A stretch of 64,000 bases of DNA. It comes from Thecamonas trahens ATCC 50062. Lineage: Eukaryota; Protista; Apusomonadida. Location: positions 54,593-118,592 of the forward strand of contig NW_013657638.1 in assembly GCF_000142905.1 (NCBI RefSeq), in the 5' to 3' direction. The notes beneath the pieces are model-generated. The model did no database searches, was not told the origin of the DNA, and was given only the letters and a program-made list of their open reading frames with translations. Below, piece by piece: positions 1 through 11,600 of this stretch (its first letter is position 1; each line of letters opens with the position of its first letter). The position numbers and the translations under genes were made by a program.

Positions 1-582
1 CAACCCAACTCCTCGCCCACGCCCATCTCCCATCGCTCCATCTCCACACCCGTTCTCAATTCCGCATCTCCACCCATGCGCCAGTCTCGGCCCCGAGTGC
101 GCCTTGCTCTGCCCGCCACCGCCCGCCACTCGCGACTTCCAAACGAGTGGATCAAGTCGGACAATGGCGACGGGGGGGGAGGTGGGGGGGGAGGGGGACA
201 TAGTAGGCGCTTCCGGGGCCATGACGAGCAGACACAGACCAGATGTACATGGCCACCACGTACCCACAAGCTTCAGCAGGAATGTCATCTTCTCCCTCGG
301 TGCCTTCTCCGCACAAGCCGTCTTCGTTTCCGTCCTTGCCACAACCCTCGGCCAGAAGAGCCTCCGAGTCGGCACCCGCACTCGGCTGGTGGTCACCGGC
401 CTCGACATCGGCTTCCCGTTCGGCGTTGGTGGCAGAGACAGAGGCTCGGCGGAGCTCTCTCCATTGGTTACTTCCTCGAGAGTCACCGCGTCAGAGGCCT
501 TGCTCTCGCTTGGCTCCTGGCCCTCGTCGGTAGCCTTGGCCACGCTCGCGCCCACAAAGCTGAAATTGTAGTCGGACGACAT
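1..582 (-). CDS. 5' part of a hypothetical protein running off the window start (acidic, low-complexity N-terminus)
   Basis: ATG at 582 opens MSSDYNFSFVGASVAKATDEGQEPSESK with host-like codon usage; possible frame change near 450 and a GTACGT donor near 262; not in the supplied ORF track. Confidence 0.35.
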   Translation of the reverse strand, partial: MSSDYNFSFVGASVAKATDEGQEPSESKASDAVTLEEVTNGESSAEPLSLPPTPNGKPMSRPVTTSRVRVPTRRLFWPRVVARTETKTACAEKAPREKMTFLLKLVGTWWPCTSGLCLLVMAPEAPTMSPSPPTSPPVAIVRLDPLVWKSRVAGGGGQSKAHSGPRLAHGWRCGIENGCGDGAMGDGRGRGVGL

Positions 583-704
583 GGACCAAGACGAGTGGCC
601 ATTCGCCCCGCCGCCCACCACTCTTGCTGGTGCCGGCCATCGGCAGTGGTATGTGTGCCTCCGGAGTCAAACGGCCTTTACAACGTCTGCTATTCGTCTG
701 TACC

Positions 705-2057
705 TCATGACTGTCCGCCGATCGGGACGTAGGGGGTGAGGGCAAGTGGCCGCCACATCTTCCACACGCAGAACAGTGCAGTAGCGAGGCCGAGGAGCGC
801 CTCAGCGATGGCCACAATAGAACCGATGAGCGTCGTGGTGTAGAGCAGTTCGGCTGTGTTGCTGCAGTGCGACGTGGCAAGCACAACAATGAGTACGTAA
901 GCACCCCAGCTCCCAGCCACGAGCGACACAGCCCCCATGAGCGCCGCGATGCCGACGTCGGACCTCGTCGCCGGCAGCTGGAGCCAGCCACGCTTGTCGG
1001 CGATCGAGAGGCCGACTATGACGCTACAGGTGACAAAAAAGGCGCCGCCAGTGGCATAGGCGTAGATGCGCAGCCACCACGCCAGCGGCTTGTCACAACT
1101 CGCGTCGCGGTAGATATACCCAAGCACACCGCTCACCGCCATGTTGCTGGCGAGAGCGACAGCTAGCGCAAGGAGCAGCGCGTGGAGTGTTGCCCATGCC
1201 TTCCACGACAGCGGCGGCCGCGAGAGCGCAAACGGCGCCACCACGCGCGGTGTTACGTACGTCACCTGCAGTACCGGCCGTGCCTCGTCGACGTAGGCCT
1301 CACGACGGCGGCGCAGCGACGGCCCACAGCCGCTCACTATCACCGACGGTACGTCATCACCGGACTGCTGCGTCGGGTGCATCAAGCTGCTGCCAAAGTC
1401 AGACGACGAGTCCTCAGACATCACCTGAGCGAGATCGTCAAAGTCCTCGTCCGAGTACGACGACGCCGGCTCGTGCGGCGGCGCGCCGGCGTGGTAGTTG
1501 GTGTACTTGGAGTAGACGGCATCAAACGGCAGCACGTCTGGCAGCGCTGCACCAGGGAACCCGCTCCGCCCCATGGTCAGCGACCGGAACGAGGTCGGCC
1601 GCGACGACGAGGCAACAGTGCCGTCGTCAGGGCTCTCCTTTCCGCTCCGCCGTCCTGATCGTCCGCCGCCAGCGGCACTCCCTACACTCCCCGCACCTCC
1701 TGCACCAGCCGTGGTTGTAAACAGCGGCGCAACTTGCGTCCTTCGCGTACTTGCCCGTCCACCGTGTCCTCCACCATCGCCATACCGCCCTGCATCTTGC
1801 CTACCACCTCCGCCACCTGTTATCCCACCACCCGATTCCGCTGCAGCCATCATTCCCACCTCGCCAACACTGCCGCCTCCACTCACCACAGTGCTCCCCA
1901 CAGAACCAGTCGCAGTCAGTCCACTTGCTGAAGCACCGGTACTGGTGCCAGCAGTGACAGCGGCGGGTGCGGGTGCGGTCACCGTCGTCGTTGTCAGAGT
2001 CGCCTCGGCTGGGCACTGTTCGTCGCTGCTGCTCCGTTGTCTTGTCCGTCTGGACAT
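705..2057 (-). CDS. Membrane protein: long low-complexity N-terminus plus four C-terminal TM helices (TMEM272-like or TM part of plant RING-H2 proteins)
   Basis: Within ORF 705-2135; hydrophobic segments with CDKPLAWWLRIY and HCSNTAELLY loops; start codon uncertain. Confidence 0.6.
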   Translation of the reverse strand: MSRRTRQRSSSDEQCPAEATLTTTTVTAPAPAAVTAGTSTGASASGLTATGSVGSTVVSGGGSVGEVGMMAAAESGGGITGGGGGRQDAGRYGDGGGHGGRASTRRTQVAPLFTTTAGAGGAGSVGSAAGGGRSGRRSGKESPDDGTVASSSRPTSFRSLTMGRSGFPGAALPDVLPFDAVYSKYTNYHAGAPPHEPASSYSDEDFDDLAQVMSEDSSSDFGSSLMHPTQQSGDDVPSVIVSGCGPSLRRRREAYVDEARPVLQVTYVTPRVVAPFALSRPPLSWKAWATLHALLLALAVALASNMAVSGVLGYIYRDASCDKPLAWWLRIYAYATGGAFFVTCSVIVGLSIADKRGWLQLPATRSDVGIAALMGAVSLVAGSWGAYVLIVVLATSHCSNTAELLYTTTLIGSIVAIAEALLGLATALFCVWKMWRPLALTPYVPIGGQS

Positions 2058-2524
2058 GGCTCCAGCTCTCGTCTGTACGCGCTTGTCCTGTCTACGCCTT
2101 GCCTCCACCCCCCTCTTGCCCCTCCCCCTGACCACTGGATGTGTCTTCGGTGGTGGAGTGGGGAGGTGGCCTCGGTCGAGTTGCTCTTGCTCTCCTCGTC
2201 CTCGCCTTTGGTCACTGGCCAGTTGGCAGCTGTCCGCCGGCAGGAAACAGTGTGGCCGTCATGCTAGAAGCCATGCTGGAAGCCATGCTCTGATCATGAC
2301 AAAGACTGGTCCAAACCACACACCACATAGCATGTATCAACGTATACCATACACCTCCCCCCCCCCCCCCCCCCCTCCCCGTCATCACCTCCATCATCCA
2401 GCCGATCAGTCTCCCCTGCGATACACCGGCCCAGGCAGCCCTTGTGTCCTTCCAGCCCTGATCACAGGCGCCTGGCCCCCCCCCCCCCCCCCTCCCCTCC
2501 CACCCACCTCCCACCCCACTCTAC

Positions 2525-5500
2525 GTGGCACCACGCAAACAGATGAGCGGGTGGCGAAGAGTTGTACCACGGATGGTCTTCTATACTACCGTCAGTGTCC
2601 TCAACCTCACCTTTGCCGACCTCTTTCTACGCAACTGGTTCTCCACCGCTCCGCATGCCCGCCTTGCCCGGAGCCGAGGACGCGACACGGCATCGTCATT
2701 CTCATCATCATCATCGTCACTGCTGACAAGACGGCGGAATGGCCGGAGTCAGGGTGGAGAGTCGGGCGGTCGTGGGCGACGGTCTCGCTCGGGAATGTCT
2801 TCAAGTGCTCGTCGTCGTCGCCGTAGCGAGCCGGATGACATGCCGTGGCTTGCACCGGCTCCTGTCCTTCCGGACTGGGTCTATCACGCCCGGGGGCAGG
2901 AGCCGCCCGGTGACGACGTCGGCACGCGTGAGGCACTCGACGTTGAAGATGAGACCGACGGCGATGACGGCGATGGCGCTGGAGATGGCGCCGGGGGAAG
3001 AAGCTCGGGACGTGCTGCCCATCCTGGCGCTGCGCCCACCTTTGGTCCCGAGGACGTGGCGCTAATTGACGAGCTCCTACTCTCGGACCTTGTTGACGAC
3101 CGCATCGCTGCCATGCGAGTTCTTGTCTACTACTGCATCCAGCCGAGCTCGTACATGCGCGCCATTGAGGCGCTGCACACGTACCTGCCCAAGCTGCCCA
3201 AGATCACCGAAATGCTCGGCAGTGACCTTGCGGTCCTCGACGTTGTCATGCACGCACTTGTCCACAACGCCCCGCTCCACGCCTACGTCATAGTTCTTGT
3301 CTGCACCCTCATCCAGACGGTTCCGAATTGCGCCGAGTGTCTCGTCCAGCTGCGGCTCGTCGAGGATGTGCTGGTGCCAGAGATGGATGACTTTGACCCG
3401 ACCAACCAGGTCCACCAGCTGGTACTGGTTGTCTTTGCCGCAGTCGCCGGCTTGAACGAAACCGCACGGCGACTTGGCGACGACATGGAAGTGGTCATGG
3501 CTGCTCTCTACACTGCGCTTTCGGCATCCCATGACCAGGGCAGGTTGCCGGCAACTGCGCTGCAGTGCCTCGCCAAGCTCAGTGCGTCGGCTGATGGCGC
3601 GCAGCTCGTGGCCGGCTTTCTTCCGTCCATGCTCAACCGACTCCGTCCAGTATTTACGTCGACCGTGTCAGAAATGATTGACCAGCTGCTCAAAGTCGTT
3701 GTTTCTGCTGCGCGCATCGACCGCGCCGCCGTTGCTGCCAATCTTGGGCGGCAGGTCTTCGACTTGCTCCTCCCACTGCTGGATGTGTCTGCCAATCCCC
3801 AGGGTCTCCGCGGCCAAGCCTTTGTGCGGTGGACCCTGGCGCTGCTCATCGAGCTCTCGCCCCTCCCAGACGAGGTCTTTGATCCGGAGGCCACCGACGT
3901 TGCTCATGAAGTACTCGGCGCCATCGCGAGCGTGCTGAATGAGCGGCGAGTGACGGCCGGTCTTCCGCGGCGTCCACTCCGCCTCACTCCGCGCAGTTCG
4001 TCCGGTCGCGCGGGGCCCTCGAGTGACGCCCCGCCTCCACTCGAAGAGTCAGGCAGCGTCAATGCCACCGACGCGGCCGCTACTTTTGCCGACCGTCTTG
4101 GCCACTGCTCGCTGCTGCTGGAGGCGCTGGCCCGGGTGCTGGATCCAGACGAGCCGTTCTCGACGCCAGAGGCCCGTGAGGCTGCGCTCGAGTTTGTGGC
4201 CTCTGGCACAGCCTCGGGCCGGCTCTTTGCCCAGGCTGCGCTCGAGTCATCACTCCTCCCGGCTGTCATTGCACTTCTCCGCCGCGGCGAGGCTGCGGAG
4301 CGGAGTCCACGGGCGGCGCCGCACGCTGTCCTCGCGCTACTTCCTGGCTTGCTTGCTCCGCTTGCGGGCGCTCCGGGCGCCCGCGCAGTTGCCGCCGTCG
4401 AGTCGGCAGGCGTGGTCCCGGCCGTCATCGATCTGCTTCGCGCCACCCACCGGACGGTGGCAAGTCCTCAAGACCTGCTTCCGCTGAACAAGTCACGCTC
4501 CGGCCTCATTCTCAGCCATGGCTACCTGGTGCTTGACGTGCTCTCGAGGTGGAAGTGCCTCGCCGACGCTATGACCGCCGCAGACCTCCCTGCGCTGCTC
4601 CTTGCGGTCGGCAACCTCAACGTGCCAGCGGGCCTCAAGCTACTGGGGCGGCTCTGCCTCGGCAACGACAACGAGTCGCACCCCTTGCTTGCCGCACATG
4701 TCATCGGGCCGACAGCCCGGTCGCTTGCTGCTAACCTCACCGAACCGTCCAGCAGCGACGACGCCGTCGCCAGCGCCAACTCGCTTGCCGTCGCACAGCT
4801 CCTCGCGCTCGCATTCTTTCCTCGTCTCCGCCGCATCATCTGCACCTCGGCCGAGACCGGTGACATGCGGCGGGCGCTTGTTCGGGCCTCCTGGGCTTTT
4901 GGCCACTCGTCGCTGTTGGCAGTCAACGTCCAAACCCTGCTCTGCACAGTCTGCCTCGGCATGGCGGAAGCTATCCGTGACGGGCACGACGTTGCTGACG
5001 ACCCGCTCCTTGCCGAGCGCGCAGCGTCTGGACTTTCTCACGACACCACTGCCGGCCTTCTGACCTGGCTGATCGGCGTCGGCGCACCGAGTGTCAGAGT
5101 CGCTCATGCAGACCAAGTCCATGGCGCGGTCGCCGCCGTCACTCGTGCGCTGAGGTTTGGAAACATTGGCGGGAGCATCCGGCTCGCGCTCATGGCCGTC
5201 GTCGAGCCTGCTGTGGTTGTGGCGCTCGCAGCCCGCGCCGAGAGCCCGCGGCGGAGCCGCCCCGACACCGTCGTACCACTGACTGCATCGATGTGTGTCT
5301 TCGCCGACGGGCTGACCGCGGTTAATCCCGGAATGATGACGCTGCAGACATGCCGCGGAAGCCGGGCTGTGACTTCGGGCCGGTGGTACTACGAGGTGGA
5401 GCTACTGACCGGCGACGAGTCTGCAGAAGCCAGTGTGCACATCGGCTGGATCTCGACGTCAGCCACGCTTGGTATCGACGAGGGTATCGGTCAGGACGTC

Positions 5501-6277
5501 AACGAGCTCTCGTTTGGGTTCGGCACCTGGGGCGCGCGCATGCTCGGCGGTGCGCGGCCGGGAGCGTACGGGCGACAGGCTCGCGTCGGCGATATCGTCG
5601 GCGTCGTCCTTGATCTCGACGAGCGCTGGGCCGGCTTCTCGCTCAACGGCGAGTACCTCGGAGAGGCGTTTGAGCGTCTGCCGCTGCTGCGCCGGCCGTA
5701 CGCACCGGCCGTCTCGCTGCGGATGGGTGAGGGCGTCCGGTTCAACTTTGGCGATTCGGCTGCTGGTTTTGCCTACCCTCCGCCCATCCCTGCGGCAGCG
5801 CTTGGCAGCCGGCTCCAGCCTGGTCTCCAACCGCGGACCGACGCGATCCGAGCCGTCGACACCATGCCGCAGGCTTCCGAGCTCGCTGATGCCTACTACC
5901 TCGAAGCCACGCTGGTGAGCGATGTTGCAGACGGGACCGAGCGGAGCGCTGGCGATGCCCATGCGGGCCTCTCCTGGACGACCGAGGACGTACGGGTGAC
6001 GTGGACCTGGGACGACTCGCTGGTGGTCGAGGCCGGCAGCGTGACTTCGCAGGCCCGGTTTGGCTACCGGCGGTCGACGCCGGTCATCGCCAGCCCAGGA
6101 AGCACGGTCGGCCTCGGCGTCAACGTCGCGACCGGCCTGGTCTTTGGCGTTGTCGACGGGGTCGTGGTGGCGAGCGCTAGTGTCCACCTTGGACCGCCCG
6201 GCACACCGCCTGTCCCACGCGTCGTCGTCCGATCGCCACACGCGCGCCTCCGCTGGCAAGTCTGTGGCTTCAAGTAA
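2525..6277 (+). CDS. ARM/helical-repeat protein with C-terminal SPRY domain(s); RSPRY1/RNF123-like but no RING
   Basis: 1250-aa ORF; SPRY motifs GRWYYEVEL, HIGW, GDIVGVVLDLD, FSLNGEYLGEAF, PAVSL, VRFNFG; true start may be the ATG near 2795. Confidence 0.75.
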   Translation: MAPRKQMSGWRRVVPRMVFYTTVSVLNLTFADLFLRNWFSTAPHARLARSRGRDTASSFSSSSSSLLTRRRNGRSQGGESGGRGRRSRSGMSSSARRRRRSEPDDMPWLAPAPVLPDWVYHARGQEPPGDDVGTREALDVEDETDGDDGDGAGDGAGGRSSGRAAHPGAAPTFGPEDVALIDELLLSDLVDDRIAAMRVLVYYCIQPSSYMRAIEALHTYLPKLPKITEMLGSDLAVLDVVMHALVHNAPLHAYVIVLVCTLIQTVPNCAECLVQLRLVEDVLVPEMDDFDPTNQVHQLVLVVFAAVAGLNETARRLGDDMEVVMAALYTALSASHDQGRLPATALQCLAKLSASADGAQLVAGFLPSMLNRLRPVFTSTVSEMIDQLLKVVVSAARIDRAAVAANLGRQVFDLLLPLLDVSANPQGLRGQAFVRWTLALLIELSPLPDEVFDPEATDVAHEVLGAIASVLNERRVTAGLPRRPLRLTPRSSSGRAGPSSDAPPPLEESGSVNATDAAATFADRLGHCSLLLEALARVLDPDEPFSTPEAREAALEFVASGTASGRLFAQAALESSLLPAVIALLRRGEAAERSPRAAPHAVLALLPGLLAPLAGAPGARAVAAVESAGVVPAVIDLLRATHRTVASPQDLLPLNKSRSGLILSHGYLVLDVLSRWKCLADAMTAADLPALLLAVGNLNVPAGLKLLGRLCLGNDNESHPLLAAHVIGPTARSLAANLTEPSSSDDAVASANSLAVAQLLALAFFPRLRRIICTSAETGDMRRALVRASWAFGHSSLLAVNVQTLLCTVCLGMAEAIRDGHDVADDPLLAERAASGLSHDTTAGLLTWLIGVGAPSVRVAHADQVHGAVAAVTRALRFGNIGGSIRLALMAVVEPAVVVALAARAESPRRSRPDTVVPLTASMCVFADGLTAVNPGMMTLQTCRGSRAVTSGRWYYEVELLTGDESAEASVHIGWISTSATLGIDEGIGQDVNELSFGFGTWGARMLGGARPGAYGRQARVGDIVGVVLDLDERWAGFSLNGEYLGEAFERLPLLRRPYAPAVSLRMGEGVRFNFGDSAAGFAYPPPIPAAALGSRLQPGLQPRTDAIRAVDTMPQASELADAYYLEATLVSDVADGTERSAGDAHAGLSWTTEDVRVTWTWDDSLVVEAGSVTSQARFGYRRSTPVIASPGSTVGLGVNVATGLVFGVVDGVVVASASVHLGPPGTPPVPRVVVRSPHARLRWQVCGFK

Positions 6278-7391
6278 GGTCTACAACCGGCGAGCAAGTC
6301 TGGCTCGGCGGCGTGTCGGGCGTGGGTAGCGTGGCAGACGCCGACGACCGGGCCTCGCCGGACGACGGTGTCCAAAGGTCGTCCAGCCGCCGTTGCGACG
6401 GCGGGACAAGAGTTCCGACCTGAAGCGCAAGCGGAAGGAACGATGGAAGGAGCGACGACCTCGAGGCCGACCAGGCCGAGACCACCGCCTGGGTGGCGCG
6501 CGCCGAGCGCGCAGCCCGCGCAGCTGTCTTGCCAGGCGAGCTCGAGTCGGTCGAGCGCAGGGGCGGACGAGGCTGCGATGATGATGGCGATGACAAAGCC
6601 GACGACTCCGCATGGGCGCGAGGACGCTGGGCGGCGCGAGTGGGCGCTCCGCGTTGCGCAAAGTACTCGGTGACCACGTTGACTCTCTGCTTGCCGGCCG
6701 ACGAGTAAACGACGGCCGGATCCGGCGGGGCGTGGCAGTCTGCGGCCGACTTGAAGCGGAGAAAGTTGACGGCCCGTGAGACGGGGCGGGTTCGGAGACC
6801 CTCCACTGGCGCGCAGAGCGAGGCGGCGGTCTCTGGTGGAACAGCCGGGTTGAGCCACGACTGGCGATCGTGTTCCGAGGTGAGCAGGGCGGGCATGCGA
6901 TCGTGGAGCCAGGAGATGTCTTCTGCTGCGGCGACGGTGACAACGGCGACGGCGTAGGAAAGCGCCCCGTCCGGACCGGGTATGGCCTCGTAGAGCGCAG
7001 CCATGTACATGACGCCGTGATCGGAGAGCGAGATGTAGTGCGGGTTCTTGGTCGCATCCCACTCGTAAAAGCCCTCGACGGCGACGACGCATCGGCCCGA
7101 GACCAGCGGGCTGGCAAAGAGCGGGCGGGCAAGCATGGTCTCAGCGCGCACGTTGATGACCGGCGAGCTCCACTCGGGCCGCTCAAAGCCCCACCGCATG
7201 GTGGTGAGCACCGAGTCGATGACCTCGCCGGAGCCCTCGCCGCGCATGGCCTGCACCACAGGCAGCGGTGTGCCGGGCGCCACGTTCGCCGACGGCCGCA
7301 ACCGCTCTGCTGCCGCCTGACTCCGCCACCGCCTCCCGGTCGCCCGCTCAAGCGCGTCTGCTGTCTTGGTCATCGACGTCCGTCCGCACAT
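6270..7391 (-). CDS. HMCES: SRAP-domain abasic-site processing protein
   Basis: Starts MCGR (catalytic Cys2); MRWG, INVRAET, RCVVAVEGFYEW, WLHDRMP; disordered tail with PIP-like QRRLDDLW. Confidence 0.92.
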   Translation of the reverse strand: MCGRTSMTKTADALERATGRRWRSQAAAERLRPSANVAPGTPLPVVQAMRGEGSGEVIDSVLTTMRWGFERPEWSSPVINVRAETMLARPLFASPLVSGRCVVAVEGFYEWDATKNPHYISLSDHGVMYMAALYEAIPGPDGALSYAVAVVTVAAAEDISWLHDRMPALLTSEHDRQSWLNPAVPPETAASLCAPVEGLRTRPVSRAVNFLRFKSAADCHAPPDPAVVYSSAGKQRVNVVTEYFAQRGAPTRAAQRPRAHAESSALSSPSSSQPRPPLRSTDSSSPGKTAARAARSARATQAVVSAWSASRSSLLPSFLPLALQVGTLVPPSQRRLDDLWTPSSGEARSSASATLPTPDTPPSQTCSPVVDLT

Positions 7392-7571
7392 GTTTCGTGT
7401 GTGGATGGGTGGGATGGGTGTGGGGTGGCGGTGTGAGTCGGGTGACGACGCCCCCGCCGAGTCGCTGTCTGGCACCGAGTGGAAGGACTCGGCGCAAAAA
7501 AAAGGTCGTAGTTTCGGTCGCGCGTTTGCTTGGCAGGCGAGGGAGACGCAGGTGGCTGTCGGGCTGACGGG

Positions 7572-10500
7572 CTACAGGTAGAGCGAGGCGGCAAAGACAA
7601 TGTCGCGCTTGATGGCGGCAGAGGCCTGGCCAAACTTGGTCTCGAGGTCGGCGTCACCGATGGACTTGGCGGCGTCGCCGAGCTGGCGAAGGAGCTCATC
7701 GAGGCGGCGCATGGCACGGATGATGGAGCCCTCAAAGACGTCGGTGAGCTTCATGACCTCGGCGAACGACTTACCGTCGGCCCAGGCCATGACCGCCGGG
7801 AGGACGTGGGGCGGGAATGACTCGACGTACTCTTCGAGGTCGACTTCAAGCTTGCAGTCAATCTTGACCTGGCCGATGCGGCGGGTGATGATCTTCATCT
7901 TGTTGAGAACCTTGGTCACGTTCGGCTGGATCTTGACCTGCTCCTTGGACTTGCCCTGGAAGACAAAGCACGAGAGAATGCCGGCGACCTCGGCGGGGGT
8001 GAGGGTGGAGAACAGGCCGTCGAACATCATTTCGGTGAGGACAAGCTCGTCACCGGCGTTGATCTCCACCGCCACCCGGCCCTTGAGCTCGATGACGTTG
8101 TCGGTCGAGAGGTGGCCCAGCCGGCGGAGGACCCGCTGCATCTTCTTCATGTCCTCCTTGAGCGCAAGGTGGGACGACTCGCGGATGCCGGCCCGCACCA
8201 GCTCGGCCTGCTCCTCGAGCCGCTTGCGCTGCTCAAAGATCTGGAACGAGTCCGGGAGACCCGGGTCGGACGCAAGCGCAAGCTGGACGAGCTTGGACGG
8301 CGGCAGCGGCGTCGCCGCCGTGCTCTCGTCGCCGCCGCCCGAGGCGCTCGCACCGGCGAGGAGCGGGTGTGAGTGGAGGCGGAGCGCAAGCGACTCGAGC
8401 TTCTTAAGCTTCTTGACAAAGTCCTTCGACTTGATGTTGAGGTTCTCAATCGGGTCCAGCAGCGGAATGGCACCGTCGAAGCGACGGAGTGCCTCGCCGA
8501 CCTTGCCAAAGGTGGCGGCAATGTCCGAATCGGACGAGAGCGAGTCTGGGAGACGGACCCGGAGCGAGGAGACGCCGTCGAGGAGCGAGACAAGGACCGG
8601 GACGATGCGCGGGTGCGGCTTGGAGCCCGGCGCCGGCGGCGTCGGGGCGAGCGCAAAGGCCGGGGCGGTGCCATCGCCGGCGTCGCAGCCGAGAATCATG
8701 TCGACCACATGCGAGGTGACGGCGCCGGCAGCAAGGCTGCCCTTGTCGTCGGTGACCTTGGATGAGGCCTTGCGGGTGTAGTGCGAGACGATGATGCCCC
8801 AGCCAAAGTCGGTCTCGCTGTCGACGCGGACGCGGGCGAGGCGGCCAGGCTTGAGGAACGGCACAATGTACTTGGGCTCGTTGATGATGTCGCGGAGTCC
8901 TGCGCGGAGCTTGGTAATCTGCTTGCGCAGGTTGTAGTACGACTCGTGGTTGGCCTCGTCGGGAACAACAAGGGCAGCCTTGGCCGCCGTCAGTGCCTCA
9001 AGCTGGGCCTCGAGCTGCGGCAGCGACTTTTCGTTCTGGAACTGGTGGAACGAGGCGAGAAGCATAAACTCGGGATCGGCAAACTCCAGACGGAGCATGT
9101 TGAGCAGCATGTTGTACGAGACGTGGAAAGCTGAGTTGAGCTCATCGGGCGCGCCCTTGATCATCTCCTTGGTCGTGTCGGTCTCGAGCTTCTCGTCGAG
9201 CATGAGAATGACGATACCACGGTCGTCGAGCCCGCGACGCCCGGCGCGGCCGGACATCTGAATGTACTCGCCGGAGCGGACGTACCGCATAGAGACGCCG
9301 TCGAACTTGCGGGCAGCGGTGAAGACCACCGTCTTGGCCGGCATGTTGAGGCCGATGGAAAAGGTCTCTGTGGCAAAGAGCGCCTTGAGCAGGCCCTCCT
9401 GGAACAGGATCTCGATGATTTCTTTGAGAATGGGCAAGAGACCCGAGTGATGGATGCCGATACCACGGCGGAGGAGCGGGAGCATAGTAGTGATCTGCGG
9501 GAGCGCGCGGTCCTCCTCCGAGAGCGAGTCAATGGCGTTGGCATAGACCGCGTCGACGAGCTCCTTCTCATCCTCCGAGTTAAAGTCGAGCTTGGACATC
9601 TGCGATGCGTAGCCCTCGCACTCGCGCTTGGAGAAGGAGAAGACAATGACAGGGTCGTAGCCGCGGTCCATGATCATCTGCACAATCTTGAAGATGTCCG
9701 ACGCGCCCGGCCCACGGCGGTTCCGCTTCACGCCGCGCGCCTTGGCCGAGCCGGCGTACGAGTCGTTGGTGTCGGCCCTGAGAGAGGCGACGGCCTTGTT
9801 AAAGTTCGACTCGCGGAAGTTGCCCTTCTCGTCGACAACCAGGTACAGACCCGACCCACCCGCAGGGAAGATGTAGTGCTGCAGCGGCGTCGGCCGGTAG
9901 TCGGTGTACACCACATGGCATGGCTGCTTGTGCAGCTTGCAGATCCACGACGCAAACTCGCGGGCGTTGGAATGGTAGCCGAGAGAAAGACAAACCGGAC
10001 AGAGTCCGGAAGGAGGATGATGGTCTCCTCCCACACCACGCCACGCGACGCGTCGCGCATGTAGTGGATCTCGTCAAAGATGACCCACGCCACCTCACGC
10101 ATGATCTCCGATCCGCGGTACAGCATCGAACGCAGAATCTCGGTCGTCATCACCAGGCACGACGCGCTCGGGTTGATGGTCACGTCGCCGGTCATGAGCC
10201 CGACGTCGCCAAAGTCCTCCAGCAGCTCGCGGTACTTCTGGTTCGACAGCGCCTTGATCGGCGAGGTGTAGATGACGCGCGAGTTGGACCGAAGCGAGAC
10301 TGCGATGGCGTACTCGGCCACAACTGTCTTACCGGCAGAGGTGTGCGCGGCGACAAGGACTGACTCGCCGTTGTCGATGCACTCGGTCGACTTGGCCTGG
10401 AACGGATCAAGCGTGAACGGATACTTGCGCGCCCGCTCGTAGTCGTCCGGCAGCGGCGCCGGCGGTGTGTAGTCGTCGGGCGTCACCACCTCGTGCTTGA

Positions 10501-10843
10501 TGTTCTTCCGCGACTCGACGACGGCCTCGGCTGCCACTGTCTCGGTCACCGCCATCGAGCCCTCGCCGGCTGCGGCTGCACCCGCGCTCGCCGCGCTTGT
10601 CTTTTTGTTCTTGGCCGGAATGACCGGTGCCACCACGCTGCTCTTCTTCGCCAGTGTCGCGTCCAGCTTGTGTGCCCGCTTGGTCTTTTTCACCGGCCGC
10701 GATCCGGCCTTGCTCTCGTCCTCGCCGGCAGCAGCTGCACCAGCCGAAGCGCCTGCCTCATCGGCCACCTTCATGGGCGCCCGGAGCGAGCCTTCGTCGT
10801 CCGACTCGGAGCCGAACATGTCGACGCCACCAAACACAGACAT
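7572..10843 (-). CDS. MTR4: Exosome-associated DExH RNA helicase MTR4 (apparent 1-nt frameshift near 9969)
   Basis: [28 protein letters not shown]/arch region and C-terminal [12 protein letters not shown]; adding one base at ATTCCAACG restores the conserved SATIPNAREF. Confidence 0.95.
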
Positions 10844-10972
10844 GATACGAGTGTGGGGTGGTGGGAGTGTGTGTGGGGGGGGGGGATTGGTGTGGAGGTG
10901 GTAGTGAGTGAGGTGTGGGGGAGGTGGATGGATGGTGATGGTGGTGAGATGGGGGGAAATGGTTGGTTGCCA

Positions 10973-11600
10973 TGCGAAGCTTTGTACAATGATGGTTGGC
11001 TTGGTTGCGAGGCTTTGTACGATGATGGCTGGCTTGGTTGCGAGGCTTTGTACGATGATGGCTGGCTTGGTTGCGAGGCTTTGTACGATGATGGCTGGCT
11101 TGATTGCGAGGCTTTGTACGATGATGGCTGGCTTGGTTGCGAGGCTTTGTACAATGATGGCTGGCTTGGTTGCGAGGCTTTGTACGATGATGGCTGGCTT
11201 GGTTGCGAGGCTTTGTACGATGATGACTGGCTTGGTTGCGAGGCTTTGTACGATGATGGCTGGCTTGGTTGCGAGGCTTTGTACGATGATGGCTGGCTTG
11301 GTTGCGAGGCTTTGTACGATGATGGTTGGCTTGGTTGCGAGGCTTTGTACGATGATGGCTGGCTTGGTTGTGAGGCTTTGTACGATGATGACTGGCTTGG
11401 TTGCGAGGCTTTGTACGATGATGGCTGGCTTGGTTGCGAGGCTTTGTACGATGATGGCTGGCTTGGTTGCGAGGCTTTGTACGATGATGGCTGGCTTGGT
11501 TGCGAGGCTTTGTACGATGATGGCTGGCTTGGTTGCGAGGCTTTGTACGATGATGGCTGGCTGGGATGCGAGGCTTTGTACGATGATGGCTGGCTGGGTT
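10973..11600. repeat. 33-bp minisatellite, about 19 copies (TTTGTACGATGATGGCTGGCTTGGTTGCGAGGC)
   Basis: Directly visible tandem units with sporadic single-base variants. Confidence 0.97.

Noticed and set aside
7572-10843. MTR4 and the other frameshifted genes as pseudogenes
   Set aside because: Each has a single lesion with otherwise intact motifs, and some are essential genes; sequencing error is more parsimonious
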